DNA of 64,000 nt from assembly GCA_041664285.1 (NCBI GenBank), contig JBAYLA010000001.1:227-64226 (forward strand), in the 5' to 3' direction. Below are positions 28,685 through 38,990 of the stretch, piece after piece. Position numbers and translations under genes: made by a program. The DNA comes from Minisyncoccota bacterium. GTDB taxonomy: Bacteria > Patescibacteriota > Minisyncoccia > Phycocordibacterales > UBA9973. Each line of letters starts with the position of its first letter. The stretch's first letter is position 1. A model generated the notes under the pieces. The model saw nothing but the letters and a program-made list of their open reading frames with translations, did not search any database and had not been told where the DNA came from.

Positions 28685-29241
28685 ATTTCTTTTCTGTTTT
28701 GTTTGTATTTTTTAATAAAAATAAAAAATAATACAGTAGCCATAACTAAAATACTTATTCCTGCTGCATAATAATCAAAATATTTTCCTATAATTATATA
28801 TGCTTGTCCAAAGAATATACCCAGCATAATCATAACAAAAGACTGAGCCAGAGAATACAAAGCACATGTTTTAAAATATTTTTTATATGATATATGTAAT
28901 GCTCCAGCAGCAATGAGTCCGGCTGTTCCTATTCCCCACATTATTTTTGATGCAGCAATTGCTTTTTTATGGTTTTCTTGAAAATATATTTTTGCTTTTT
29001 CTATTTTTTCTTCACGTATATTAAAATATTTAAACAATTTTTTTCCTTTATATCCAATAAAATAAAATATTGCATCTCCAACGATATCTCCAGCCACCAT
29101 TACTAAAAAGACCAAAAGGGGATTGAAAATATTTAAGGTCGTCAAAAATCCAGCAATTACACTCACTATCGGGCCTTCGACAATAGAAAGAGGAATTAAA
29201 ATGAGATATTTATATGTTAGCAATAATTGAATTACACTCAT
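28681..29241 (-). CDS. DedA/VTT-family membrane protein
   Basis: EGP, 'GDIVGD..FY.IG' motif, TM pattern. Confidence 0.8.
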   Translation of the reverse strand: MSVIQLLLTYKYLILIPLSIVEGPIVSVIAGFLTTLNIFNPLLVFLVMVAGDIVGDAIFYFIGYKGKKLFKYFNIREEKIEKAKIYFQENHKKAIAASKIMWGIGTAGLIAAGALHISYKKYFKTCALYSLAQSFVMIMLGIFFGQAYIIIGKYFDYYAAGISILVMATVLFFIFIKKYKQNRKEI

Positions 29242-29280
29242 TAAGGACAATTATAGAGTATTTTTAGGTTTTATTTGGTA

Positions 29281-29309
29281 TTGACGAATAGCATATTTTC
29301 TGTTATACT
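29281..29309 (+). promoter_or_regulatory. Sigma70-like promoter
   Basis: TTGACG-17 nt-TATACT. Confidence 0.6.
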
Positions 29310-29387
29310 ATATACTGAAAAAGTCAGGTAGCGTATCTTGCGCCACCCCAAAAACAAAATAAAAAAAAGAAAGAGAGGAAATGACAA

Positions 29388-29942
29388 ATGGAACTTTACG
29401 GAAGTTACTACATTTTGACAGTGTTGCCCATCTGGGCAACAGCAATTTTACTTTATTTTTTGACAATGGGAGTGTTATTTATCCTTCGCGATATATTCGA
29501 GGGGTTATTTTATAACACTTCATATTCAGCCGTCTTGGGTGATGGCGGAATATTAGTTATTCCCTTAATGGCCGCTGGCATACTTCAGCGTGGTGCTCCT
29601 CTGCCGTGGTGGGTAAGGGGTTGGGAGTATCATCAAATTGCCGTCTGCCTGGGTTTATTACTTGGGATGATATGGCTGGCACTTGATCGTCCTAAGCAGT
29701 GGGGTGATCGGTATCATCACCTAGTAATTGCCCCACTAATATGTTACATGGGGGGAACCTTACTCCCAGTAATTTTTACAAGTGGGACATGCTTAGAAAA
29801 ATTGGCGACAATTTTTCTAATTGCTCTGTGGGCTGGGTTGGTTGTCTATGATGCGAAGACTCATAGGTTAGACCAACGTAATTATAGAGATATCGGTTCT
29901 TATCTTACTATGATTAAAAACACCCCTATTCATCCGAGATAG
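29388..29942 (+). CDS. Hypothetical multi-pass membrane protein
   Basis: About 5 hydrophobic segments; AGAGG upstream. Confidence 0.7.
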   Translation: MELYGSYYILTVLPIWATAILLYFLTMGVLFILRDIFEGLFYNTSYSAVLGDGGILVIPLMAAGILQRGAPLPWWVRGWEYHQIAVCLGLLLGMIWLALDRPKQWGDRYHHLVIAPLICYMGGTLLPVIFTSGTCLEKLATIFLIALWAGLVVYDAKTHRLDQRNYRDIGSYLTMIKNTPIHPR

Positions 29943-29965
29943 AAGGGAAGATAAAGGAGGATACA

Positions 29966-30163
29966 ATGTCACCAGGACCCCAAGCCAGTATGGTAATTTT
30001 GTCGTTTTTAGTTTTCTTCTTTGGGTATAGTACGATCAAGGAGATACAACAAAAAGAGAAAAAATCGTATATTCTTATTATGGTCTTTGCCACATCTGCA
30101 GTCTTTTTTGCATATTTGACATGGAACGCTATGCCTGAATTAATATCAATTTCAAAGCCCTAA
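29966..30163 (+). CDS. Small 2-TM hypothetical protein
   Basis: AAGGAGG Shine-Dalgarno upstream; two hydrophobic helices. Confidence 0.6.
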   Translation: MSPGPQASMVILSFLVFFFGYSTIKEIQQKEKKSYILIMVFATSAVFFAYLTWNAMPELISISKP

Positions 30164-30200
30164 CGTAGCAGGTGGAAGCTGCTTCGTTAGGGCTTTCATT
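30154..30200. terminator. Intrinsic terminator hairpin between convergent genes
   Basis: AAAGCCCTAACG...CGTTAGGGCTTT. Confidence 0.6.
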
Positions 30201-30219
30201 TTGCCTTTTTTGTGAAATT

Positions 30220-30891
30220 CTAATGCGCCACAGTGAACGCTATGATTTTTCTTGCGCCAGCTTGCTTTAAAATTTTCCTTGCTTCGTTTAGAGTGGCGCC
30301 AGTGGTGGTGATGTCATCTATTAAAATTATATTTCTATTTTTTATTAAGTTTAAATTTTTTTCTTTATTTTTTACCGCAAATGAGCCTATTAGATTTTTT
30401 AATCTAATATTTCGATTTTTAATACGGGCTTGATGTTCAGTTTCTTTTATTTTAATTAAAATATTATTTTCTAATTGCATATTTACGCCATGGCGTAAAT
30501 GGTTTATTTTTATTAATTCTTTACAAATCAATTCTGCTTGATTATATCCTCGCTCACGATATCTTTTAGAGGATAGGGGAATAGGGATTAAAATTGGCTT
30601 TACAAAATTTTCCAAAATACTCAATTCTGAAAGTTCTTCTAAAATTTTATCATAAATAATTTCTGCGAAAATATTTGCTAATCTTTTTTTACCTTTATAC
30701 TTTAGAAGCCATAATGATTTTTTAATAGTTGGATGACGATAATCATATAGAGGAAAAACCCATTTTATACTTTCACGTTCTGCCCCCGGTGCTTCTTTTA
30801 AACAATCTAAACATAAGTCCACTCCAGTTTTACCACATAACATGCATTTTATAGGGAAAACTATGTCTAATATGGTGTTTAAAAATCTCAT
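30220..30891 (-). CDS. comF: ComF-family competence protein (Zn ribbon + PRTase)
   Basis: FP..C..C...LC..C, RGYNQA, LIDDITTTGATL. Confidence 0.92.
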   Translation of the reverse strand: MRFLNTILDIVFPIKCMLCGKTGVDLCLDCLKEAPGAERESIKWVFPLYDYRHPTIKKSLWLLKYKGKKRLANIFAEIIYDKILEELSELSILENFVKPILIPIPLSSKRYRERGYNQAELICKELIKINHLRHGVNMQLENNILIKIKETEHQARIKNRNIRLKNLIGSFAVKNKEKNLNLIKNRNIILIDDITTTGATLNEARKILKQAGARKIIAFTVAH

Positions 30892-30913
30892 TTATGATAC
30901 AATATTAGCATAA

Positions 30914-32041
30914 ATGGACAATCCATTAAAAAATCTTATTTCAGGTTTTAGTAAATTTGTAGGGGGGTCGAAAGATTCCGCCATCGGTGTTGATATTGGT
31001 TCGAGCTCAATTAAGATAGTTGAAATAAAAAAAAAGGGCAATAGAGCCGTACTTGAAACTTATGGTGTAATAGCGCTTGGTCCGTATGCTGACCTTGAGG
31101 CTGGACGGGTCACTAGTCTGCCTGTTGAAAAAATTATATTAGCCTTAAAAGAAGTTCTTAAGCAATCTGACGCCACTAGTGACTCTTTGGCTTTTTCTAT
31201 TCCAGTTCAATCAAGTTTAATTTTTACCATTGAGCTTCCTGCTAAAATAGAAGCAGAGAAAATGGCTACCATTGTCCCCATTGAAGCTCGTAAATATATT
31301 CCAGTTCCTATCACTGAAGTTTCAATTGATTATTTTATCATACCTAAAAAAGAAGCTTCTTTTGAAGAAATGAACACTGAAGATGTTCCAGTAAAAGAAG
31401 AAGAAAAAATAAATGTTTTAGTTGTCACAACCCAAAATGATGCAGTAGCTAGATATCGTTCAATTGTTTCAGGGTGTAATCTTTCAGCTTCCTTTTTTGA
31501 AATTGAAATTTTTTCTTCTATTCGAGCAAATTTTGAACATGAGCTTTCTCCAGTTTTGTTGATTGATTTTGGTGCGTCGTGCACTAAGCTTTCGGTGGTT
31601 GAATTTGGCATGGTTAAGAGTTATCACACCATAGAAAGAGGAGGGGCTGATATATCTAATTCTATTTCTAAATCTCTTTCTATTTCTTTTTCTGAAGCAG
31701 AAAAAATGAAAAAAGAATTTGGTCTTTTTGGAAATCCATTAGAAAAAAGTTTAGCTGATATTATTAAAGTTCATGTTGATTATATTTTTTCTGAAACGAA
31801 TAATGTATTATTAGGATATGAAAAGAAAAATAATCAAACTATTAATAAAATCATATTTACGGGTGGCGGGTCTCTTTTAAAAGGGTTAAAAGAAGTGGCT
31901 GTAAATGATTTTCAAGCCGAAATAGAAATTGGTCATCCTTTTTCTAAGATTGGTGCGCCAGCATTTTTAGAAAAAGTTCTTTTGACGATTGGTCCTGAAT
32001 TTGCAGTTGCCTTAGGTTTAGCATTGCGCAAATTACAGTAA
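30914..32041 (+). CDS. pilM: Type IV pilus assembly protein PilM
   Basis: GVDIGSSSIKIVE, EARKYIP, IDFGA, TGGGS, AVALGLALR. Confidence 0.93.
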   Translation: MDNPLKNLISGFSKFVGGSKDSAIGVDIGSSSIKIVEIKKKGNRAVLETYGVIALGPYADLEAGRVTSLPVEKIILALKEVLKQSDATSDSLAFSIPVQSSLIFTIELPAKIEAEKMATIVPIEARKYIPVPITEVSIDYFIIPKKEASFEEMNTEDVPVKEEEKINVLVVTTQNDAVARYRSIVSGCNLSASFFEIEIFSSIRANFEHELSPVLLIDFGASCTKLSVVEFGMVKSYHTIERGGADISNSISKSLSISFSEAEKMKKEFGLFGNPLEKSLADIIKVHVDYIFSETNNVLLGYEKKNNQTINKIIFTGGGSLLKGLKEVAVNDFQAEIEIGHPFSKIGAPAFLEKVLLTIGPEFAVALGLALRKLQ

Positions 32042-32065
32042 GTGCGATATAATAGAATAAAGACA

Positions 32066-32671
32066 ATGGAACAAAATTTTCAAACGTCATTTATACCTAA
32101 AAAACCGATGCTCAAAGAAGAGAGTACTACTTATGCTCGTCCTGTTAATTTTTTTCTTATCATATCTATTTTTGTTTTAGTTACTATATTGGTTGCCACT
32201 GGTGGACTCTATTTTTATAAAGGAATAGTAGAAAAAAAGATTACTAAACTGGACAGTACTTTAAATTTAGCTAAAAATCGTTTTGAGCCTTCAAAAATAA
32301 CTGAGCTTCAAAAGTTAGATAAGCGCTTGCGTGCTTCAAATGAAATTTTAACTCAACATACCACAGTCGTTCCAATTTTTAAGGCTCTGGAACAAATTAC
32401 TATGAAAAGTGTTCGTTTTACTAAATTTAGTTATGATTTAAGCACCGATAAAGATAATAAGACTTTAATAAACATAAAAATGTCTGGAGTTGCGATTGGC
32501 TATCGTTCTGTTGCTTTGCAATCTGATTTATTTACTAAAAATAAAAATTTACTTGATCCTGTTTTTTCTAATTTAGTGTTGGACAATAGTGGTAATGTTA
32601 TTTTTGATTTAGATTTTTCAGTTAATCCAAGTTTTATTAATTATAAACAAACATTAATGGCTCAAAGTTAA
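32066..32671 (+). CDS. PilN-like pilus alignment protein
   Basis: TSFIPK motif, single TM, position after pilM. Confidence 0.7.
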   Translation: MEQNFQTSFIPKKPMLKEESTTYARPVNFFLIISIFVLVTILVATGGLYFYKGIVEKKITKLDSTLNLAKNRFEPSKITELQKLDKRLRASNEILTQHTTVVPIFKALEQITMKSVRFTKFSYDLSTDKDNKTLINIKMSGVAIGYRSVALQSDLFTKNKNLLDPVFSNLVLDNSGNVIFDLDFSVNPSFINYKQTLMAQS

Positions 32672-32675
32672 ATTT

Positions 32676-33269
32676 ATGATGAGATTTATAATGCCCCTTT
32701 TTTTGATAGGAATCGCTGTTGCTCTGTTTTTTCTTTTTACCAATCCTATCTATAATGAAATTTCGGAATTAAATTTAAACGTGGCATCATACAATGGTGC
32801 GCTTGATAATTCTAAAATGTTTGAAAACAAACGTGATAAATTAACTGCCCAATATAATGCAATTGATCCTGATAATTTAACAAAATTACAAAAACTTTTA
32901 CCTGAAAATGTTGATAATGTTCGTTTAATTTTAGAGATAGGACAAATAGCATTACCTTATGGAATGGTTTTGAAAGATGTAAAATATAACGCAATTCGGG
33001 CAGATACCACTAAAGAAAATGTTGTCCAAGGTGGGGCGGTTGCAACACCTAAAGATTATGGAATTTTTGATTTGGAATTTTCCACAGCAGGAACTTACGA
33101 TAATTTTATTAATTTTACCAAAGATCTTGAGAGTAATCTTAGAATTGTAGATATTTCATCAATTGTATTTTCATCTAATACCGGGAATATTGACAATAAT
33201 CCAAAAGTAAATTCTACCGAAGTTTATAAATATAATTTTAAAATTAAAACTTATTGGTTAAAAAATTAA
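32676..33269 (+). CDS. pilO: PilO-like protein
   Basis: TM + coiled coil, LQKLLP, GTYDNF..F..DLE...R. Confidence 0.8.
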   Translation: MMRFIMPLFLIGIAVALFFLFTNPIYNEISELNLNVASYNGALDNSKMFENKRDKLTAQYNAIDPDNLTKLQKLLPENVDNVRLILEIGQIALPYGMVLKDVKYNAIRADTTKENVVQGGAVATPKDYGIFDLEFSTAGTYDNFINFTKDLESNLRIVDISSIVFSSNTGNIDNNPKVNSTEVYKYNFKIKTYWLKN

Positions 33270-33270
33270 A

Positions 33271-33705
33271 ATGCCTAAAATTAAAAACATCATTATATTT
33301 TCAATAATCGCTATAGCTTTTATTTTAATCTATGTTTTTTTTCCAAAATCATCTCCACCAGAGGCTAATTTAGTTTCATCAGGAACAGGTGTTACCTTAC
33401 CAAACATGGACGGTTCCACCAATGAAGCAAGTATTAAAAATACAAATTCTTTAATTGCAAAAGATTTTCTTTCAATATTTTCTAATATTCAAAATATAAA
33501 ATTAGATGACGCTATTTTCTCTGACGGAGCTTTTAATAGTTTGCATGATTCTAGTATTGTACTTACCCCAGATGGTACTGAAGGTAGACCAAATCCATTT
33601 GCTCAATTTGGAAATGATGCTGTTGTGTCAACTACACAAACTACACCACCAGACATAACCACATCTACTAAATCCACTACACTTAATCCTTCCACTCCCG
33701 ACTAA
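33271..33705 (+). CDS. Pilus-associated membrane-anchored protein (PilP position)
   Basis: N-terminal TM, GRPNPF motif, Thr-rich tail. Confidence 0.55.
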   Translation: MPKIKNIIIFSIIAIAFILIYVFFPKSSPPEANLVSSGTGVTLPNMDGSTNEASIKNTNSLIAKDFLSIFSNIQNIKLDDAIFSDGAFNSLHDSSIVLTPDGTEGRPNPFAQFGNDAVVSTTQTTPPDITTSTKSTTLNPSTPD

Positions 33706-33832
33706 ACTCCAGGATGATTCCGTTAAGCCGCAGTCACAGTTTTGATAAAAAATATGTATATAAAAAATATGAAATTTAATAATATAACAAAGCATGGTTA
33801 CGGCATACTAACCGTGACCTGCTTCTAACGGG

Positions 33833-35575
33833 ATGAGTTTTTTAGAAGAATTATCTAAAAAAGGCTTAATCAATGAAAGCCAAATAGGTGAAATCAAGAG
33901 TCGTGCCCAAAAAGAACACGAGGGAGATGTGGAAAAAACACTCCTTGATTTAGGTATTCCAGAAAAAATAATTCTTGAAATGAAAGGAGAATATTTAAAT
34001 ATACCAGTAAAAAGTGTAAGTTCAGCAGAAATCTCTTTTGAAGTATTGAAATATATTTCAGAAGATTCAGCTGCACATTATCACTTTGTACCAATTAAAT
34101 TAAGAGATGGGGTATTAGAAGTTGGAATGATAGATCCAGAAAATATTCAGGCGATGGACGCGTTACAATTTATTTCTACCAAGCTTGGTGTTCCTTTTAA
34201 AATCTTTCTTATTTCTAAAAGTGACTATGAGAGTATTATGCAAAGTTATAAAGGGCTAGGAAGTCAAGTTGAAAAAGCTTTGGATGAGTTAAATCAAGAG
34301 GAAACAGATGAGAACAAACTTTTAAATGAAGAGAATTTAAATAAAGAGATTAAAAATATAAAAGGAGATACTGAAACAAAGATTGTAGAGGATGCTCCAG
34401 TTATAAAAATTGTAGCGGTTATCTTAAGTAATGCAATAGAAGGAAATGCTTCAGATATACATATTGAATATACAGGCGAAAAAGTTAAAGTACGTTTTCG
34501 AATTGATGGAATTCTTCATACTACGATAGTATTACCGCCGAATGTTTATAGTGGGGTTGTTGCTCGTATAAAAATTCTTTCTAAATTAAGACTGGATGAG
34601 AAACGTAAGCCTCAGGACGGGTCTTTTAGTACAAATGTTGATGGTCGTAAAATTGATTTTCGTGTTTCTACCATGCCAGCATATTATGGTGAAAAAGTTG
34701 TTATGCGTATTTTAGATTCTGAAAAAGGAGTGAAGCCATTAGACCAATTGGGTTTATCAGAAATAAATTTAAAGATAATAAAAGAAGCAATTGAGAAACC
34801 ATATGGACTTATTTTAATTACTGGTCCGACGGGGTCTGGAAAATCGACCACTCTGTATTCAATGATGAATGCACTTGATAAAGAAAAAAGTAATATTGTA
34901 TCCTTGGAAGATCCAGTGGAGTATCATATGCCAGAGATTAATCAATCACAAATGATGCCAGAGATTGGTTATACATTTGCATCAGGGCTTCGTTCAATTC
35001 TTCGTCAAGATCCTGACATTATTATGGTTGGCGAGATCCGCGATAAAGAAACAGCTCAACTTGCAATTCAAGCCGCTCTAACTGGACATTTGGTGCTTTC
35101 GACTCTTCATACCAATAGTGCCATTGGTGCAGTTCCTCGTTTAGTTGACATGGGAGTTGATCCGTATTTAATTGCTCCGACCTTGATTGTTTCTATTGCT
35201 CAACGTTTGGCTCGAATGACTTACCCAACTTCACGCAAAGAGATGCCTATAAGCGAAAGTGTTAAAAAGCAAATAGAAGAACAGATAAAAGATTTACCAG
35301 ATGAATTCAAACCAAATATTGGTGATAAAATGTACGATACAGTGCCATCCCCTGAATGTCCTTCTGGTACAAGGGGACGTATTGCTGTTTTTGAAATGTT
35401 CAAAATTGACAAGGAAATGCAAGAGGTAATCTTGAAAAGTCCTACCGAGGCAGCCATTTATAAATTAGCTCGTAGTAAAGGAATGTTAATGATGAGAGAA
35501 GACGCAATGCTTAAATCTCTTCAAGGCATAATTCCTTTCACTGAAGTGTATAATTTTAGTAATAACAATGAATAG
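33833..35575 (+). CDS. pilB: Type IV pilus assembly ATPase PilB/GspE
   Basis: ASDIHIE, PQDG, GPTGSGKST, EDPVEY, LRQDPD, TGHLVLSTLHTN. Confidence 0.95.
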   Translation: MSFLEELSKKGLINESQIGEIKSRAQKEHEGDVEKTLLDLGIPEKIILEMKGEYLNIPVKSVSSAEISFEVLKYISEDSAAHYHFVPIKLRDGVLEVGMIDPENIQAMDALQFISTKLGVPFKIFLISKSDYESIMQSYKGLGSQVEKALDELNQEETDENKLLNEENLNKEIKNIKGDTETKIVEDAPVIKIVAVILSNAIEGNASDIHIEYTGEKVKVRFRIDGILHTTIVLPPNVYSGVVARIKILSKLRLDEKRKPQDGSFSTNVDGRKIDFRVSTMPAYYGEKVVMRILDSEKGVKPLDQLGLSEINLKIIKEAIEKPYGLILITGPTGSGKSTTLYSMMNALDKEKSNIVSLEDPVEYHMPEINQSQMMPEIGYTFASGLRSILRQDPDIIMVGEIRDKETAQLAIQAALTGHLVLSTLHTNSAIGAVPRLVDMGVDPYLIAPTLIVSIAQRLARMTYPTSRKEMPISESVKKQIEEQIKDLPDEFKPNIGDKMYDTVPSPECPSGTRGRIAVFEMFKIDKEMQEVILKSPTEAAIYKLARSKGMLMMREDAMLKSLQGIIPFTEVYNFSNNNE

Positions 35576-35618
35576 ATCCATACGCCTTTTGTTTTGTTAG
35601 AACAAAAGGCGTATGGAT
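35576..35618. terminator. Perfect 18-bp hairpin directly after pilB
   Basis: ATCCATACGCCTTTTGTT-7 nt-AACAAAAGGCGTATGGAT. Confidence 0.55.
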
Positions 35619-35655
35619 AGAGTTGCATTATATTTTATGGTATAATTAAAACATT

Positions 35656-36051
35656 ATGGAAAACAAAAAAAGAAAAATTTTAATAACCGATGATGATAGT
35701 TTTCTTTTGGACATGTATGCGCTTAAATTTAGCCAGAATAATTTTGAAGTTTACACAGCAAGTGGTGGAATTCATGCATTAGAAAAACTTAAAGACGGGC
35801 TATCTCCTGATGTCCTTTTGGTTGACATAATTATGCCCGAGATGGATGGTTTTGAAGTTTTAACACAAATAAATACACAAAAGTTATGTCCAAATTGTGT
35901 AAAAATAATTTTATCTAACAAAAGTGAACAACAAGACATAGATAAAGGTAATAAACTAGGGGTAGCAGGGTATATTGTGAAAGCCAATTTTACTCCAGCA
36001 GAAGTTATTGAAGAGGTAATAAAGATTTTGGAAAAAAACCATGGATTATAA
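35656..36051 (+). CDS. Single-domain response regulator (CheY-like)
   Basis: ILITDDD, LVDIIMPEMDG, LSN, YIVKA. Confidence 0.92.
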   Translation: MENKKRKILITDDDSFLLDMYALKFSQNNFEVYTASGGIHALEKLKDGLSPDVLLVDIIMPEMDGFEVLTQINTQKLCPNCVKIILSNKSEQQDIDKGNKLGVAGYIVKANFTPAEVIEEVIKILEKNHGL

Positions 36052-37099
36052 AAACGAACTTGAAAATTTTATTTTAAATCTTATCCATGAAAATGGTTCA
36101 GATTTACATTTGGGAGCCGGACGCAGACCAGCTATTCGAGTAGCCGGAGAACTTATATTTTTAGCTAAGTATCCAGTTTTAACTCAAGAAGATTTATGGA
36201 TTTTTTTGGGTGAAATTTTAGAAAAAGAAAAAATTGAAAAATTTAAAGAAAATCAAGAAGCTGATTTTTCTTATGATTTTCGTGGAGAAGCTCGACTTCG
36301 TGGTAATGCTTTCTTCCAAAAAGGTTTAGTTAATATAGTTTTTCGATTAGTCCCTAAGGTTCAAACATTGGAGCAATTACGCTTACCTCCCATTTTAGCG
36401 GACCTTGCTCGTAAAAAACAAGGTTTTTTTCTAGTGGTGGGTCCTGTTGGGCAAGGGAAATCAACTACTTTATCGGCTATGGTTGATTTAATAAACAATG
36501 AACAAGCGCGTCATATAGTAACTATTGAAGATCCAATTGAGCATGTTTATGTGGCTAATAAATCTATAATTAATCAACGTGAAGTAGGTATTGACACTAA
36601 AGATTTTCACGTGGCTTTGAAAGAAGTTTTTCGTGAAGATGTGAATGTAATTATGGTTGGCGAGATGCGTACTCCAGAAACTATCGCAACTGCGGTAACT
36701 GCAGCCGAGACGGGGCACCTTGTGTTGTCAACTCTTCATACTAACAATGCTTCTCAGACTATCGATAGAATTATAGATTCTTTTCCAGGAAATCAACAAG
36801 ATCAAATTCGTGCCCAGCTTGCAGCTTCTTTGCTTGGTATTTTTTCCCAAAGGCTTGTTCCTAGAATTACGGGCGGACTTATTCCAGCTTATGAACTTCT
36901 TTTAAATAATAATGCGGTGGCTAATTTAATTCGTGAAAAACGTACACATGAGATAGACGTTGTTATTGAAACAGGAACGGAATCTGGGATGATTGATTTA
37001 AACCACTCATTAATGGAGCTTGTGAGGACTGGAGAAATTTCTATTGAGAATGCTCAAGAGTACTCACTTAACCCAAAAGGGCTTGAACGCCTTATTTAG
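36041..37099 (+). CDS. pilT: Pilus retraction ATPase PilT
   Basis: SDLHL, GPVGQGKSTT, EDPIE, QREVG.D, GEMR, AETGHLV, NLIRE. Confidence 0.95.
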   Translation: MDYKNELENFILNLIHENGSDLHLGAGRRPAIRVAGELIFLAKYPVLTQEDLWIFLGEILEKEKIEKFKENQEADFSYDFRGEARLRGNAFFQKGLVNIVFRLVPKVQTLEQLRLPPILADLARKKQGFFLVVGPVGQGKSTTLSAMVDLINNEQARHIVTIEDPIEHVYVANKSIINQREVGIDTKDFHVALKEVFREDVNVIMVGEMRTPETIATAVTAAETGHLVLSTLHTNNASQTIDRIIDSFPGNQQDQIRAQLAASLLGIFSQRLVPRITGGLIPAYELLLNNNAVANLIREKRTHEIDVVIETGTESGMIDLNHSLMELVRTGEISIENAQEYSLNPKGLERLI

Positions 37100-37102
37100 T
37101 TT

Positions 37103-38311
37103 ATGTTATTTAAATATAAAGCAATAAATGATACTGGTGTAAATAAAGAAGGAGAAATTGATGCACCCAATCGTGATATGGCAATTAGTGGACTTCAGAG
37201 ACGAGGATTGGTTGTTATTTCTATTGTAGAAGAAGGAGAAACTAAGTCATTTTTGAAAATTTCTTTTTTTGAAAGAGTAAAGACGAAAGACGTAGTGATT
37301 CTTTCTCGTCAGATTGCAACTTTATTCGAAGCACAAGTTTCTGCCCTGAAAGCTTTTACTATGTTGGCTACCAATACAGAAAACAAACTTCTTGGGCGTA
37401 AACTTGCTCAGATTAGTGATGATCTTCAAGCAGGAGTTTCTATTTCTGGAGCTCTTTCTCATCACCCAGATGTATTTTCAGATTTTTATGTAAATATGGT
37501 AAAGGTAGGTGAAGAAACAGGTAAACTTAATCAAACCTTTTTACATTTGGCAGATTATTTAGATCGTCAATACTCCATTACTTCTAAAACTAAAAATGCA
37601 CTTATTTACCCAGCTTTTGTTGTCCTTACTTTTTTTGTCGTGATGACATTGATGTTTGTGGTTGTTATTCCAAAGCTTGCAGCAATTATTTTAGATTCTA
37701 ATCAAGAAGCTCCCTTTTTTACTAAATTAGTAATTGGAGTTTCAAATTTATTTGTTCATTATGGTTTTTTTGCTTTGATCTTTTTTATATTTTTAGGAAT
37801 TTGGGTTTGGAGATTATCTCTTACTGTAAAAGGGAAAGCATATCTTGATGAATTAAAACTTTCCGTACCAGGTGTTGGTAATTTATATAAAAAGCTTTAT
37901 TTTTCTAGAATAACAGATAACTTAAGTGTTATGCTTAGTTCTGGAATTCCTATTGTTCGGGCAATAGACATTACCTCGGAAGTTGTTGGGTCTTTGATCT
38001 ATAAAGATATTTTGGTAGATGTGGCAGATGGAGTGAAATCAGGATTATCTCTCTCGGCGGCATTTGGAAAGCATGACGACAAAGTACCTAATATTTTGAT
38101 ACAGATGATACAAGTAGGTGAAGAAACGGGTTCTCTTGGAAATATTTTGAAAACTCTAACTGATTTTTATAGACGCGAAGTAGATGATGCTGTTGATACA
38201 TTGGTTGGTTTAATAGAGCCTATTATGATTGTAGTTTTGGGATTAGGAGTAGGAATATTGCTCGTTTCTGTGTTGATGCCAATTTATAATATGGCAGGAA
38301 GTATAAGTTAA
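37103..38311 (+). CDS. pilC: Type IV pilus platform protein PilC (GspF family)
   Basis: RQIATL, GEETGKL, ALIYP, LIEP, MPIY. Confidence 0.95.
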   Translation: MLFKYKAINDTGVNKEGEIDAPNRDMAISGLQRRGLVVISIVEEGETKSFLKISFFERVKTKDVVILSRQIATLFEAQVSALKAFTMLATNTENKLLGRKLAQISDDLQAGVSISGALSHHPDVFSDFYVNMVKVGEETGKLNQTFLHLADYLDRQYSITSKTKNALIYPAFVVLTFFVVMTLMFVVVIPKLAAIILDSNQEAPFFTKLVIGVSNLFVHYGFFALIFFIFLGIWVWRLSLTVKGKAYLDELKLSVPGVGNLYKKLYFSRITDNLSVMLSSGIPIVRAIDITSEVVGSLIYKDILVDVADGVKSGLSLSAAFGKHDDKVPNILIQMIQVGEETGSLGNILKTLTDFYRREVDDAVDTLVGLIEPIMIVVLGLGVGILLVSVLMPIYNMAGSIS

Positions 38312-38420
38312 AATGGGTGTGGATAACTTAATTGCATATATATTATTATTGATATGATATAATATGTATATTAAAAATGAGTCGAGGTTTGTTAGTTATT
38401 ATTATTAAATAATTTTTATT

Positions 38421-38861
38421 ATGAAGAATTTAAAGAAAGGTTTTACATTAATTGAATTACTGGTGGTTGTAGCCATCATTGGTATTTTAGCGTCAGTTGT
38501 GCTTGCGTCGCTGAACACTGCACGTGCAAAAGGTGCTAATGCAGCAGTTAAGGCGAACATGTCTGGCATTCGGGCAGCAGCAGAATTATCTTATGATACT
38601 GGTAGTACATATGCAGGAGTTTGTGCAGCTGTTGCTTCTTCTCTTGCGGCTGCGGATTCTGCTGGAGGAGGTGCCACCTCTGCTGTTGGGGCGGGCAATA
38701 CGTGTATTAACAGTGCAACCGTTTGGGCTGCAGCGGCTGGTCTTAAATCAACTGATGGTACATCAACAGCTTGGTGTGTTGATTCAACCGGTAAATCTGT
38801 TGGTATAACAACTGCTCAATTTAGTGCGATAAGTCTCACTGGTCCTGTATTGTGTCCTTAA
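38421..38861 (+). CDS. Type IV pilin (probable major pilin)
   Basis: KKG/FTLIELLVVVAIIGIL; own upstream region and terminator; WCVDS. Confidence 0.92.
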   Translation: MKNLKKGFTLIELLVVVAIIGILASVVLASLNTARAKGANAAVKANMSGIRAAAELSYDTGSTYAGVCAAVASSLAAADSAGGGATSAVGAGNTCINSATVWAAAAGLKSTDGTSTAWCVDSTGKSVGITTAQFSAISLTGPVLCP

Positions 38862-38885
38862 GATAAAAAGACGAAGAAGTTTTTT

Positions 38886-38925
38886 AAAAAACCACCCTTT
38901 AGGAATTTTCTCAGGGTGGTTTTTG
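38886..38925 (+). terminator. Intrinsic terminator
   Basis: AAAAACCACCCT...AGGGTGGTTTTT. Confidence 0.65.
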
Positions 38926-38990
38926 TATTTTGATAATGATATAATAAGTTATATAAAAAGGTCCTTTTATTATTTATTGTTTATTATTTT

